Positions 54,820 to 64,000 of a DNA stretch of 64,000 nucleotides are shown here, in pieces. Numbering within the stretch: the first letter of the stretch is position 1; the number at the start of each line of letters is the position of its first letter. The DNA is taken from positions 1 through 64,000 of the forward strand of contig CAVVOB010000027.1 in NCBI GenBank assembly GCA_963749655.1, written 5' to 3'. Under the pieces are notes generated by a model that saw only the letters and a program-made list of their open reading frames with translations, ran no database searches and was not told the DNA's origin. This DNA is from Nitrospirota bacterium. GTDB taxonomy: Bacteria; Nitrospirota; UBA9217. Position numbers and translations under genes: made by a program.

Positions 54820-54918
54820 GGGATCGCTGCCGGGACGTATGCCACGGCAATACTGTACGGATGGCTGGCAATGAAGTACGGCGATCGTTTCTGGGAAAAT
54901 CTGCGGAAGTGGCTATAG
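54820..54918 (+). pseudogene. 3' remnant of a paralogue of the 52323 membrane gene
   Basis: GIAAGTYATAILYGWLAMKYGDRFWENLRKWL*. Confidence 0.7.
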
Positions 54919-55076
54919 CGGAGGTGCCACACCTCATACGTTTGACCCCGCGGCTCTGCGCTTTTTTTTTACCGGCAGTTGATCTGAGGAATAAACCACG
55001 CTACCTCCCGCGGACTACGGCGCATTACCCCGGGAGGAGCCGGGGGATGCCAGTCACGGGAGATTGCCGGCAGGCA

Positions 55077-56024
55077 TCATTTAGCCATCCTATTTACCGT
55101 CCCGCCGCTGTACTCGGTCCAATAGACGCTGGCGGCATCCGTCACAATAGCCCATGGAACGCTCCGCCCCGAGGCAAGGGTTGTCACCGTCCCGCCATTT
55201 AACCCTACCTTCTGGATCGTCCCTCCAATATTATTTGTCCAATAGACATTCATTGAGTCCAGGGTCATATTCTCAGGGCCAAGCGACCCTGAGGCGAGGG
55301 GCGTCACCGTCCCGCCGTTTAACCCTGTCTTCTTGACCGTTCCACCTGTATACTCTAACCAATAGACGCTGACAGAATCGACCGCTAAATCAACCGGCGA
55401 GCTCAGGCCTGAGGCGAGGGTCGTCACCGTCCCGCCATTTAACCCTACCTTCCCGACCGTCCCGCCGATGTTGTCAACCCAATACACGCTGTTGGAATCT
55501 ATGGCAATACCATGAGGGTGATTCAGCCCTGAAGCGAGGACCGTCACGGTCCCGCCATCTAATCCTGCCTTCTTGACGGTTCCGGTACTCTCTATCCAAT
55601 AGATGTTAGTGGAATCTACCGCAATATGCGTAGGGCCGTTCAAGCCTGAAGCAAGAGTCGTCACCGTCCCGCCGTTCAGCCCTACCTTCTTGACCGTTCC
55701 ACCGGTATACTCCGCCCAATAGACGCTGGCGGGATCTACCGCTATTCCAACAGGCGAACTCAGGCCGGAAGCAAGGGTCGTCACCGTTCCGCCGGTTAAC
55801 CCAACCTTCCTGACCATTCCGCCTGTATTCTCTGTCCAATAGACGCTGGTGGAATCTACCGTTATACCTTGAGGATTGCTCAGCCCGGAGGCAAGGGTGA
55901 TTATCGGAGGGGCAGTGCCCGGGTTTGATGCGCTGTTTCCCCCACCGCCTCCGCAGCCGCCTGCAACAAGTGCGGCGAGGAGCAATGTGATAAGAGAATA
56001 TAGTCTTGTTTCAGGCATACTCAT
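55077..56024 (-). CDS. Lipoprotein with seven ~40-aa YWTD-like beta-propeller repeats
   Basis: LVAGGC lipobox; seven copies of TLASG..P..I.VD...VYW...GGTV.KVGLNGG. Confidence 0.85.
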   Translation of the reverse strand: MSMPETRLYSLITLLLAALVAGGCGGGGGNSASNPGTAPPIITLASGLSNPQGITVDSTSVYWTENTGGMVRKVGLTGGTVTTLASGLSSPVGIAVDPASVYWAEYTGGTVKKVGLNGGTVTTLASGLNGPTHIAVDSTNIYWIESTGTVKKAGLDGGTVTVLASGLNHPHGIAIDSNSVYWVDNIGGTVGKVGLNGGTVTTLASGLSSPVDLAVDSVSVYWLEYTGGTVKKTGLNGGTVTPLASGSLGPENMTLDSMNVYWTNNIGGTIQKVGLNGGTVTTLASGRSVPWAIVTDAASVYWTEYSGGTVNRMAK

Positions 56025-56168
56025 GTCCTCCTCCTAAGTATATGCACTACTCAGCGCACTGTCAACGGGGGCTATAGACCATGGCGGGATAAGGACATCA
56101 AGGGGGCCTCGCTCCTCAAGCGCATCACTATTGAGAGAAAGAATGACAGGACGACACGTTGTTCGCTG

Positions 56169-56204
56169 AAAAAAGGGGCATCCGCACGACTGCGGATGCC
56201 CCTG
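56169..56204 (-). terminator. Rho-independent terminator after pilT
   Basis: aggggcatccgca...tgcggatgcccct with an adjacent A-run. Confidence 0.75.
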
Positions 56205-56221
56205 AATGTTTTTCCCGTGTC

Positions 56222-57289
56222 CTAACTGTACATCAGCTTCCGCTCGAGGTCTTTTGAGCGGGAGACGCGCTTTGCCTCGTCGAGCGTTATGAGTTCCGCT
56301 TTGCAGAGCTGAATGAGATGCTGGTCCATGGTCTGCATGCCGTATTCGTCCCGCCCCTTTTCGATATGCGCCTCGACCTCGTCGAGACGGTTTTCCCTGA
56401 TGCAAGCCTTAATGGAAGAAGTCGCATACATCACTTCCAAGACCGGCAGGATCGTTTCCTCTTTTTTCCCCCGTATGAGCCGCAGAGAGACGACCGCGAT
56501 GAGGCTCTCTGCCAGCCTCTGCCTGATGTTCTCCTGCGACGGAGGCGGAAAATAGCCGACGATACGGCTGACAGACGACGCCGTATTACTGGTATGCAGC
56601 GTGGACAGCACCAGGTGCCCCGTCTCGGCGGCCTTTACACAGGCGTCCACCGTTTCGAGGTCGCGCATTTCTCCGACCATGATCACGTCCGGATTCATAC
56701 GCATTGCAGACCGCAAGGCAACGCTGAAGCTTTCCGTATCGATGCCTACTTCCCTCTGGATGATACAGCTCTTGTTGGACGTGAACAGAAACTCGATCGG
56801 GTCCTCGATCGTAATGATGTTGTAGTCGAAATTGTCGTTGATGAACCTCATCATCGAAGCGAGCGTCGTTGATTTGCCGTTCCCCGTCGGCCCGGTGACG
56901 AGAATCAGGCCGTTGGGAACCTGCGCGATCTTGCCGAGCACCGCGGGAAGATTCAACTCCTGGAACGTGCCGATCTGGTGCGGGATGACGCGCATGACAA
57001 TACCGAGGTTGCCGCGCTGACGGAAGATGCTCACCCGGAAACGGCCGGCGTTTGCCAGGGTATAAGACGTGTCAAGTTCCTTCAGGTCTTCGGGCAGCTT
57101 CCGGTTGTGATGCGCCATGACCGCGTTCGCGACAAACTCCGTGTCCTGTTTCGTCAAGTTCGCGAGTTTTGAACGAATAAGGTGGCCGCGCGCCCGGAAC
57201 ATTGGAGGGTTGTCCACCTCAAAATGTATATCGGAGACCTTTTTTTCAAAGGCGATGTTGAGAATCTGATTGAATACCGCTATGTCCAT
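56222..57289 (-). CDS. pilT: PilT/PilU-family type IV pilus ATPase
   Basis: GPTGNGKSTT, TIEDPIE, QREVG, VGEMRD, ETGH...TLHT, GMQTMD. Confidence 0.88.
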   Translation of the reverse strand: MDIAVFNQILNIAFEKKVSDIHFEVDNPPMFRARGHLIRSKLANLTKQDTEFVANAVMAHHNRKLPEDLKELDTSYTLANAGRFRVSIFRQRGNLGIVMRVIPHQIGTFQELNLPAVLGKIAQVPNGLILVTGPTGNGKSTTLASMMRFINDNFDYNIITIEDPIEFLFTSNKSCIIQREVGIDTESFSVALRSAMRMNPDVIMVGEMRDLETVDACVKAAETGHLVLSTLHTSNTASSVSRIVGYFPPPSQENIRQRLAESLIAVVSLRLIRGKKEETILPVLEVMYATSSIKACIRENRLDEVEAHIEKGRDEYGMQTMDQHLIQLCKAELITLDEAKRVSRSKDLERKLMYS

Positions 57290-57409
57290 GGCGCGTCGTA
57301 CCTCCGCGATAGAATTATCTTTGTCCTAAAGCCCCTCTCCTTCCAAGGAGAGGGACCGGGTGAGGATGGTTTTCCCTGGCAGTTCCGGGATTGCTTGCTG
57401 CGGGTTTGT

Positions 57410-59185
57410 TCATGCTTTTTTCGCCGCTCTCTCCGCCTGTCTGCGGAAGAGCGTATATTCCAGAACAATGCCCGCCTGCAGGGAAAGCACCTCGAGCATA
57501 TCGATCCGCACCGGAGACGCCTCTTTCTTCCCGAAGTCCCCGTATATCACCGCTACGACCTTTCGGTCGCTTATCAGGGGCAGCAGGGCAATGGCAGGAC
57601 TGAGCGGCTTGCCTATTTCCGCAAAAAAAGCCCTGAGCGTTTCATCGCCGTTCTCTCCGTAATAGGCCCGCCCCTTTTCGACAACGTCCCGGAAAACCGA
57701 AGGCGGCGAAAGCTGGATTTTCAGCCGGTCAGCCGCAGTGGGCCCCAGGCTTTTTTCGGAGCTGATGCCTATGGCCCGTTCACCGATCAGTTCCGAACCA
57801 CGGACGACAAGCGTAACGGCGCGTTCGAACATGTCCGAAACCGCCGTGAGAACCACAAGCGCCGCATCAGAAGGCATGGCGACCTCGCGGAGCGACAGGA
57901 CGCCCTCTTTCAGCTTCTTGCCGTAGATATCGGCATCCTCATGGCCGTACTGAAAGCACTTGATGTACGACATGAACGCGTCGAGGAACTGTATCGTGTC
58001 ATGGATGTACGCTTTCCGGTCTCCTTTTGACGGTTTGGGGAAAACAGCCCTCACACCGGCACGGTAGGATTGCAGGATGAAATCACCATCCTGAAAAGAG
58101 GCGAACTGGATCACAGGAACCGCAGAGTACTTCGCGCTCAACTCTTGCCTCAGGCCGACCATCCTTTCCCCGGAAGGCCCGCCTTCCGGGCCCGCAGGAT
58201 TGTCGAAGACGACCACCGGCATTCTCGCGGAAAGGAGGCACTGCGATACCATCCGGTCGAGCTCCTTTTCATCGCCCGTCGCAAACACGAGCACTCCCGC
58301 GTCGTTGCAGAGAGCCATGACCAAATGACTGATCAGCGTATCATTGCTGAACATGACGACGGCCTTGCTCGCCTGCTTCGCCGCAGTGTCCGGCGCGGCT
58401 TTATGCCCAACGGATTTCCTGACAAAGGAAACAAATGCCTCCTGCTCTTCGGCGGAAAAACCCGGGAGCAGTTCCTGTATTTTCTGGCGGTAGATTGCGT
58501 CCGGATCAAAGACCTCCATTTCAGAAGCAGGCCGGGGTATCTTCTTCTCAAGCCGGTCGAGGTCGGCAAGCCCGAGATCGTCTGCGGTTATTGCCGAAGA
58601 TTCAGCTTTTGCTTCGCCGGCGCCTTCTCCGGGAAGGACATCGGCGTAGAGCGCCTCAAAGGAAGGGACCTCTTTCCCGGCTGCACGGTCGCGTTCCCGC
58701 TCGTCCGAGATGCGAAGTGCATCCATCAAAACCATCTGGGCATCGACGCCCAGGTCCTGCTCTTCGGAAGAAACGATAAATGCGTCCGTGTCGAATGTAA
58801 AGGTCCCTTTCGTCCATGCCATCAGCTCAATGATCGTCAGCTCGACCAGCTTTTTGAGTCCTCTCACGGCGTCTTCCCGCTTCAGCTTGCCCATCTGTAT
58901 CAGGGTAACGAGCAGCGGCATGTGGTTTTTACCGGCGTTCTTCATGACGCCCATCGCCTGCTTGAGATCGTCAACCGCCAGGGCGCCGGTCTTTACCAGG
59001 ACGGACCCGATGCGCACGCTGTCGTTGATATGATTTGCGCCGACGATGGACCCGTTGCTGAAGACAAGCTTGCTCTCCCCCCCCTTGTCCCCCTTAACGG
59101 AAAAAATGCCCGACTTCCGCGTTGTGTGGACCAACTGGATGATGTCTGTTATGGGCAGATGTTCTAAATCGCCGGTAAACGCCAT
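57410..59185 (-). CDS. DUF4388 + degenerate receiver-like + GAF-like signalling protein
   Basis: FTGDLEHLPITDIIQL...KSG, W.KGTF.F; C-terminal LLPL...VAVIYGD. Confidence 0.75.
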   Translation of the reverse strand: MAFTGDLEHLPITDIIQLVHTTRKSGIFSVKGDKGGESKLVFSNGSIVGANHINDSVRIGSVLVKTGALAVDDLKQAMGVMKNAGKNHMPLLVTLIQMGKLKREDAVRGLKKLVELTIIELMAWTKGTFTFDTDAFIVSSEEQDLGVDAQMVLMDALRISDERERDRAAGKEVPSFEALYADVLPGEGAGEAKAESSAITADDLGLADLDRLEKKIPRPASEMEVFDPDAIYRQKIQELLPGFSAEEQEAFVSFVRKSVGHKAAPDTAAKQASKAVVMFSNDTLISHLVMALCNDAGVLVFATGDEKELDRMVSQCLLSARMPVVVFDNPAGPEGGPSGERMVGLRQELSAKYSAVPVIQFASFQDGDFILQSYRAGVRAVFPKPSKGDRKAYIHDTIQFLDAFMSYIKCFQYGHEDADIYGKKLKEGVLSLREVAMPSDAALVVLTAVSDMFERAVTLVVRGSELIGERAIGISSEKSLGPTAADRLKIQLSPPSVFRDVVEKGRAYYGENGDETLRAFFAEIGKPLSPAIALLPLISDRKVVAVIYGDFGKKEASPVRIDMLEVLSLQAGIVLEYTLFRRQAERAAKKA

Positions 59186-59430
59186 GTCTTCTCGTATTAA
59201 TCCTTCACTGGTATTTCCCTGGGAGGCATTGGAACAGGAACCTGGAAAGCGCTGAATCCTGCGCCCCGGAGAGAATGATTCCTTAGAGTATATATTGACA
59301 GGGCATAAGAATCAAGTGCGCCTCTAAAAACATCGACGATAAACTTACTCATGTATTGACAAACCGGCCTGTCCGGTCAACAAACCCCTCCTCTGAAACT
59401 GCTATAATAACGGCAGAGGAGGTATAAACT

Positions 59431-59844
59431 ATGGCTTACATTGTCAGAAAAGTTGCGTATTTCGCGATGGATGTACCGAACAAACCGGGCGAGGCAGCGC
59501 GGATCCTCGGGGCACTGGTAGAGGGCGGAGTGAACATGCTTGCGTTTTCGGGGTTCCCGAGCGGCAGAAAAGCTCAACTTGACTTCATCCCCGACGATGA
59601 AGCCCTGTTCAAGATCGCTGCAAAGGCGGCGAAGATCAAGACACGGGCCCGGAAGTACGGATTCCTGGTACAGGGCGACGACGAAAAGGGCGCTGTAGCG
59701 GATCTGCTCAAGACCCTGGGGGACAAAAAGATCAATGTGACCGCAATCGACGCCGTTGCTGCCGGCGCGGGCCAATATGCCGCGATTCTCTGGGTCGGGT
59801 CAAAGGATGTGAACAAGACCGCAAAAGCGCTGGGAGCGGGGTAA
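59431..59844 (+). CDS. Tandem ACT-domain protein
   Basis: VPNKPGEAARIL..L...GVN and DEKGAVADLL..L...KIN. Confidence 0.8.
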   Translation: MAYIVRKVAYFAMDVPNKPGEAARILGALVEGGVNMLAFSGFPSGRKAQLDFIPDDEALFKIAAKAAKIKTRARKYGFLVQGDDEKGAVADLLKTLGDKKINVTAIDAVAAGAGQYAAILWVGSKDVNKTAKALGAG

Positions 59845-59846
59845 AT

Positions 59847-60066
59847 AATGCGGAATGCGGAGTGCGGAATTAATTCAGAGACACCTGCCATTGTGTCTTT
59901 GGAAGACAAACAGCGCATTCCGCATTTCCCTTGCGCCCACAATTTCTTATTCTGCATTCCGCATTTGCTAAACCTGCCCCCGGCTATCTGCTCCTTGAAC
60001 CTGACCTCTGCCTTTCCCATTCCGCATTCCGAATTCCGCATTCGAAACATTCCGCATTCCGCATTT
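59847..60066. repeat. Heptamer (attccgc/gcggaat) tandem repeats in inverted arrangement
   Basis: atgcggaatgcggagtgcggaat...cattccgcattccgaattccgcatt. Confidence 0.8.
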
Positions 60067-60078
60067 TTCCTTCCCTTG

Positions 60079-61698
60079 CTACTGGACCCTTGACCCTTTC
60101 TTTTCCGGTATCTTGCTCATGGCCCGTTCCGTGAGGGCGGTTATGGTAAGGGAAGGATTGACGCCGGGATTGGCAGAGATCATCGATCCGTCGCATACAT
60201 ACATGTTCTCGTACCCGAACACGCGGTTGTCCTTGTCGATCACGCCTTCGCTCCGGTCCCTGCCCATGACGCAGCCGCCGAGAATATGCGCGGTCGTGGG
60301 TATCCCGAGCAGCGTTTCCGAGAGCAGCACCATGGGTTTTCCCTTCACGATTCCCGCGTACCGGTCTGCCAGCGCGCGCGCTTCGGGCATGAGTGCGGTC
60401 GGCCGTTTTCCCGACTCTTCCGACGACTTCATGCCGAAGAGGCCGCGTTTGAAGCGAAGCGTGCTGTCGAGGGTCTGCATGAACAGCAGGATCTGCGTCC
60501 GCTTTGCCCAATCTCCGACAAAAAATACCTTCAGGTTCCGGACGGGGTGCCGCACGAGGTCGCGGGCGACATTCACCAGCCGTATCAGTAGATTCCTTCC
60601 TCCGGCAACAGGGAAGCCGAGCAAACGCCAGAAGCCGGAACCTGCGGGGTAACGGACCGGCTCCAGGTGGCTGTGCTCGTCCGTATGGAGGATCGAGCTG
60701 ATCGCAACGCCGTCGGAAAAGACCGTTTCCCTGTCCAGCGTGGTCACTCCTATAAGGCTCTCGGAGTTCGTTCTTACACGCGACCCCACGCATTCCGACA
60801 GGTTCGGCAGAGATGCGCGCTTGAGCTTGAGCAGCAGGTCGACGGTCCCGAGCACGCCGCCGCTGAAAACCACTCCGCCTGCAGTGAATTCACCCTTCTT
60901 TTTGAAGACAGCGGTCGAGGAGCGCCACCTGACCCGATATCCTTCCGACCCGTCGCCCCTTCCGGGCGGCAGGACGTCATACACCTCGGACTCCGCCCGG
61001 ATCGTGACGCCGAGTTTCTCGGCGAGGTACAGATAGTTCTTGTCCAGCGTGTTCTTCGCGTTGTACCGGCATCCGACCATGCACCCGCCGCAAAAGGTGC
61101 AGCCGCTGCGCTCCGGTCCCTTGCCGTTAAAATAGGGGTCCGGCACGGTCTTTTCCGGCTCGCCGAAGAAAACCGCGACACTGGTCGGTTCGAACTGGTC
61201 GGACTTGCCGATCTGCTCAGCCAGCGTCCTGAGCGCCTTGTCGCCGGTTTCGAGCCGCGGGCAGACGACGGTCCCGAGCATCGTGGACGCGAGCGGATAA
61301 AACTCCTTCAGCTCCTGCTCCCAGTCGGCAAGATGGGACCAGCTCTTCGATTGGAAGAACGACGGCTTCGGCACGGGCAGCGTATTGGCGTAGACGAGCG
61401 ATCCTCCTCCCACGCCGACGCCGGACAGGACCGTGACGTGCCGGAACCAGGTCAGCTTGAAAAAACCGAAGAACCTGAGCCAGGGCATCCAGAACCATTT
61501 CTTCACGTTCCAGTTCCTGCGCGGAAAGTCGCCGGCACCAAGCCGCTTGCCCTTCTCGAGCACCAGGATCGTATAGCCCTTTTCCGCGAGACGAAGCGCG
61601 GCAACCGAGCCGCCGAAGCCCGAGCCGACGATGATGTAGTCAAAATCGTATTTTTTCGATGATTGAGCCATTTCGGAAATAGTATTACTGTAACGCAC
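60079..61698 (-). CDS. GMC oxidoreductase, cholesterol oxidase (ChoD)-like
   Basis: GSGFGG, GVGGGSLVYAN, C..CGGCMVGC, TAHILGG, GVNPSLTI. Confidence 0.88.
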   Translation of the reverse strand: MRYSNTISEMAQSSKKYDFDYIIVGSGFGGSVAALRLAEKGYTILVLEKGKRLGAGDFPRRNWNVKKWFWMPWLRFFGFFKLTWFRHVTVLSGVGVGGGSLVYANTLPVPKPSFFQSKSWSHLADWEQELKEFYPLASTMLGTVVCPRLETGDKALRTLAEQIGKSDQFEPTSVAVFFGEPEKTVPDPYFNGKGPERSGCTFCGGCMVGCRYNAKNTLDKNYLYLAEKLGVTIRAESEVYDVLPPGRGDGSEGYRVRWRSSTAVFKKKGEFTAGGVVFSGGVLGTVDLLLKLKRASLPNLSECVGSRVRTNSESLIGVTTLDRETVFSDGVAISSILHTDEHSHLEPVRYPAGSGFWRLLGFPVAGGRNLLIRLVNVARDLVRHPVRNLKVFFVGDWAKRTQILLFMQTLDSTLRFKRGLFGMKSSEESGKRPTALMPEARALADRYAGIVKGKPMVLLSETLLGIPTTAHILGGCVMGRDRSEGVIDKDNRVFGYENMYVCDGSMISANPGVNPSLTITALTERAMSKIPEKKGSRVQ

Positions 61699-62250
61699 GC
61701 GCCCTCCGTATTCAGGAACAGGTTCATCATGCCTGCTGCGCGTCTGGTGCTAAGGTTATCGGGATAGATCGATTATATGCCCGTCCATGGCATTGTCAAG
61801 CCCCTGCGCAGAAGTGAAAACATCCGCGATCAGCCGTCAGCTTTCAGCTTGTATCCTGGCTTGGTCTCGTAGTCTAAGGCCGAGCGCTGACCGCTGATCG
61901 CGTCTCTCCATCTCTCCCTGCATACTAAAGAAGCACGAAAACGATGGGGTAGAACTGTCTGACAACCTCCGGATAAAGGCGGAACAGTATTCTGAACAAA
62001 TATAATTAAAGGCACGCAATATGCAGTTATACTTGCATAATCGCAGTTACTGAATTTGCATTACCTGCGATTGCAGGTCTTTACAGCATGCCGGCTCAAA
62101 AGTTCATGTGTCAATATTACTTCATTGTGGTGGTTCTTCCACACCACAGTGATAGATCGCCCCAAGAAGATGCAGCGATGGTTTGACCTACACAGTTACG
62201 AAGGGCTCCGGGATGTTCCCGAAGTCCCGACACGGTTCGAGGAGGATGTC

Positions 62251-62439
62251 ATGAACATCGAAAACGTTCTGGATGAGTATCGCAAGGGAGACGACAGCAA
62301 GCGTCTGAGCCTCTTCCTGGCCTACCGGGAGCTGCGCGACCACTTCAGCAGCATTGAGCAGGAAAGCCCGCACGACGATGACTTCGAGATCATCAAGTAC
62401 CCCTGGAGCAGGAAGCGCGACCTGCCGCAGGCTGCGTGA
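62251..62439 (+). CDS. Small hypothetical protein
   Basis: ggagga RBS; RLSLFLAYRELR; coding-like codon usage. Confidence 0.6.
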   Translation: MNIENVLDEYRKGDDSKRLSLFLAYRELRDHFSSIEQESPHDDDFEIIKYPWSRKRDLPQAA

Positions 62440-62763
62440 TTTCGCACTTGTCTTTACTCAGACAGGTCGGTTTTGTCGGATAAAGTCTTACACTTCGTCC
62501 TTGGCAGGCAATAACTGCGGAATAAATACGACCTGCATCGGCAGGTCGAGTTTTTTCCGCTATTTGAACATAATCGATTGCTCTACTTTTCCTCTTTCCC
62601 CCCCTCATTGTCTTCTTATTCTTTTAAATCGATTGGTGAAGAATCGCCTCGGGATTAGAACACAAGTCGCTTGGCAGCACTACGATATGGTACTATAATG
62701 GTCGCAAAGACCCGTCCGACCGTAGTCTTTGATCTCATCAGCAAAGGCGGTACTATTTCGACC

Positions 62764-63486
62764 ATGGATAAACTTTCAAAAAAGGACGTACTGGCCCTGG
62801 CCTCTTCGAATGGCGACGCATCGAACTGCGACCTTTCGGGCGCGGACCTGAACGGTATGGAGCTGATCGGCATGTGCTTCGACAACGCGAACCTGAGCGC
62901 AGCGCAGCTGAGCAGCGCGAACCTGAGCGGAACGAGCTTCAGGAATGCCGATCTCACGGGCAGCAACCTGAGCAGCTCGAACTTCACCGGATGCCGGTTC
63001 GACAAGGCGCGCCTCGACAAGGCAGACCTTACTTTCTCATCCTTTGTCGGCGCAGTTTTCACGGAAGCGAGCCTCAGGGAGGCAAATTTCACAAACTCGA
63101 AACTGTCCTGCTCTTCTTTCGAAAAGGCCGACCTCACGGCCGCCAACCTTCAGATGGTCGACGCAGGCATGATCCGATGCAGCGGCGCTACCATGACAAA
63201 GATCGTGGGCCGGGGCGCGAGCCTGATCTGCGCCGTGCTCTCCCGATGCGACCTGCGGGAAGCGAAGCTCTACGGCACGGACCTCTCCGGAGCCGACCTG
63301 TCGTCGTCTGATCTGCGCCTGGCGGACATACTCGACTCGACGCTGACCGCCGCTGACCTGACGGATGCAGACATCCGGGAAGTGCGCCTCAAGCGCACCG
63401 ACCTCACGCGAGCGACATTCAAAGGACTCAGGTTCAGCGAAGAACTGCGCGACCTCCTTTCACGGTACAATCGCGGCACGCTGTAG
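62764..63486 (+). CDS. Pentapeptide repeat protein
   Basis: Continuous A(D/N)Lxx repeats. Confidence 0.9.
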   Translation: MDKLSKKDVLALASSNGDASNCDLSGADLNGMELIGMCFDNANLSAAQLSSANLSGTSFRNADLTGSNLSSSNFTGCRFDKARLDKADLTFSSFVGAVFTEASLREANFTNSKLSCSSFEKADLTAANLQMVDAGMIRCSGATMTKIVGRGASLICAVLSRCDLREAKLYGTDLSGADLSSSDLRLADILDSTLTAADLTDADIREVRLKRTDLTRATFKGLRFSEELRDLLSRYNRGTL

Positions 63487-63670
63487 CATTTCCGATCGGG
63501 CCGAATACGAATGCCTCTTTTGCTCTCTTGAAAATGGAGAGAGGCTTTGACATGCGTCAGCGGGAAGAGTAATATTAGAAAGGTTCTCACAGCCGTTTCT
63601 GTTCATTTCAAAGTTGCAGGATAGAGACGCTCCTGGAGTGCAGAAAGAGACCGTGACGAGGGAGCAGCGC

Positions 63671-63862
63671 ATGGACATTCGTTCCCCAAAAACAATTGAT
63701 CCTTCCGGCCAAGAGCAGAGAGCGCTGTCAAAAGAGCAGCGATCAGAGGCCGCCAAGGCAGATACCTGCAGATGCAAAGAAACCTCGACCATGACGCCCC
63801 GCGAACTGCTTCGGCTCATGATGACCGACCTGGTCTTCTGGACAAAATCGAAAAAGAAATGA
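63671..63862 (+). CDS. Small hypothetical protein
   Basis: ggag RBS; CRCKE...TPRELL. Confidence 0.5.
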   Translation: MDIRSPKTIDPSGQEQRALSKEQRSEAAKADTCRCKETSTMTPRELLRLMMTDLVFWTKSKKK

Positions 63863-63915
63863 ACCTGGTCTGAAGGCAGGAAAACCTTTACCAGAGGACG
63901 AACGGAGATTTATTA

Positions 63916-64000
63916 ATGGGTGAAAGACAGGAGTTCCAGCCCTTGACCAGGGAAGACAGAATAACGGTCATGCTCTACCGAGCCGGCATCGTGCTGTCCG
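63916..64000 (+). CDS. N-terminus of a membrane protein (DUF2301-like), runs off the window
   Basis: MGERQEFQPLTREDRITVMLYRAGIVLS; ggag RBS. Confidence 0.55.
   Translation, partial: MGERQEFQPLTREDRITVMLYRAGIVLS

Noticed and set aside
55077-56024. DNA repeat array or DGR template
   Set aside because: The repeats are in-frame protein blades; there is no intact reverse transcriptase and no adenine-specific variation pattern.
59847-60066. CRISPR array
   Set aside because: Short heptamer tandem repeats without unique spacers; no cas genes in the window.

Overview
Bacterial DNA from an anaerobe, Deltaproteobacteria/Nitrospirota-like by gene content (inference). The window appears to join two unrelated segments at about 22,820, where tolB runs in frame into the C-terminal part of pyrG and base composition visibly shifts. 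The left part carries glgP, a metK-ahcY-pfkB SAM-cycle operon and the kdsA-kdsD-lptCA-lptB-rpoN-hpf-ptsN-hprK-rapZ-PTS cluster. The right part carries tolQRAB, two moeA genes split by a TumE/TumA-like toxin-antitoxin pair, an atypical thioredoxin reductase, an octaheme cytochrome, a low-GC HD + HSP90-like ATPase gene next to a 5'-truncated group II intron, frameshifted thrC and metB, a solitary attC-like site, pilT, a GMC oxidase and many short palindromic or heptameric repeats. The best candidate for an undescribed system is the operon at 33,990-37,720: a RuBisCO-like protein of the Rhodospirillum rubrum (KDDH) type, an AhpD-like CxxC protein and a fused transketolase whose C1-hydroxyl-binding histidines are replaced. 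This suggests a new route for processing SAM by-products (1-methylthio- or 1-deoxy-xylulose-5-P). The frameshifts I traced are single-base insertions, which points to long-read error. I saw no CRISPR array, tRNA or rRNA. Family assignments come from motif recognition only; no searches were run.
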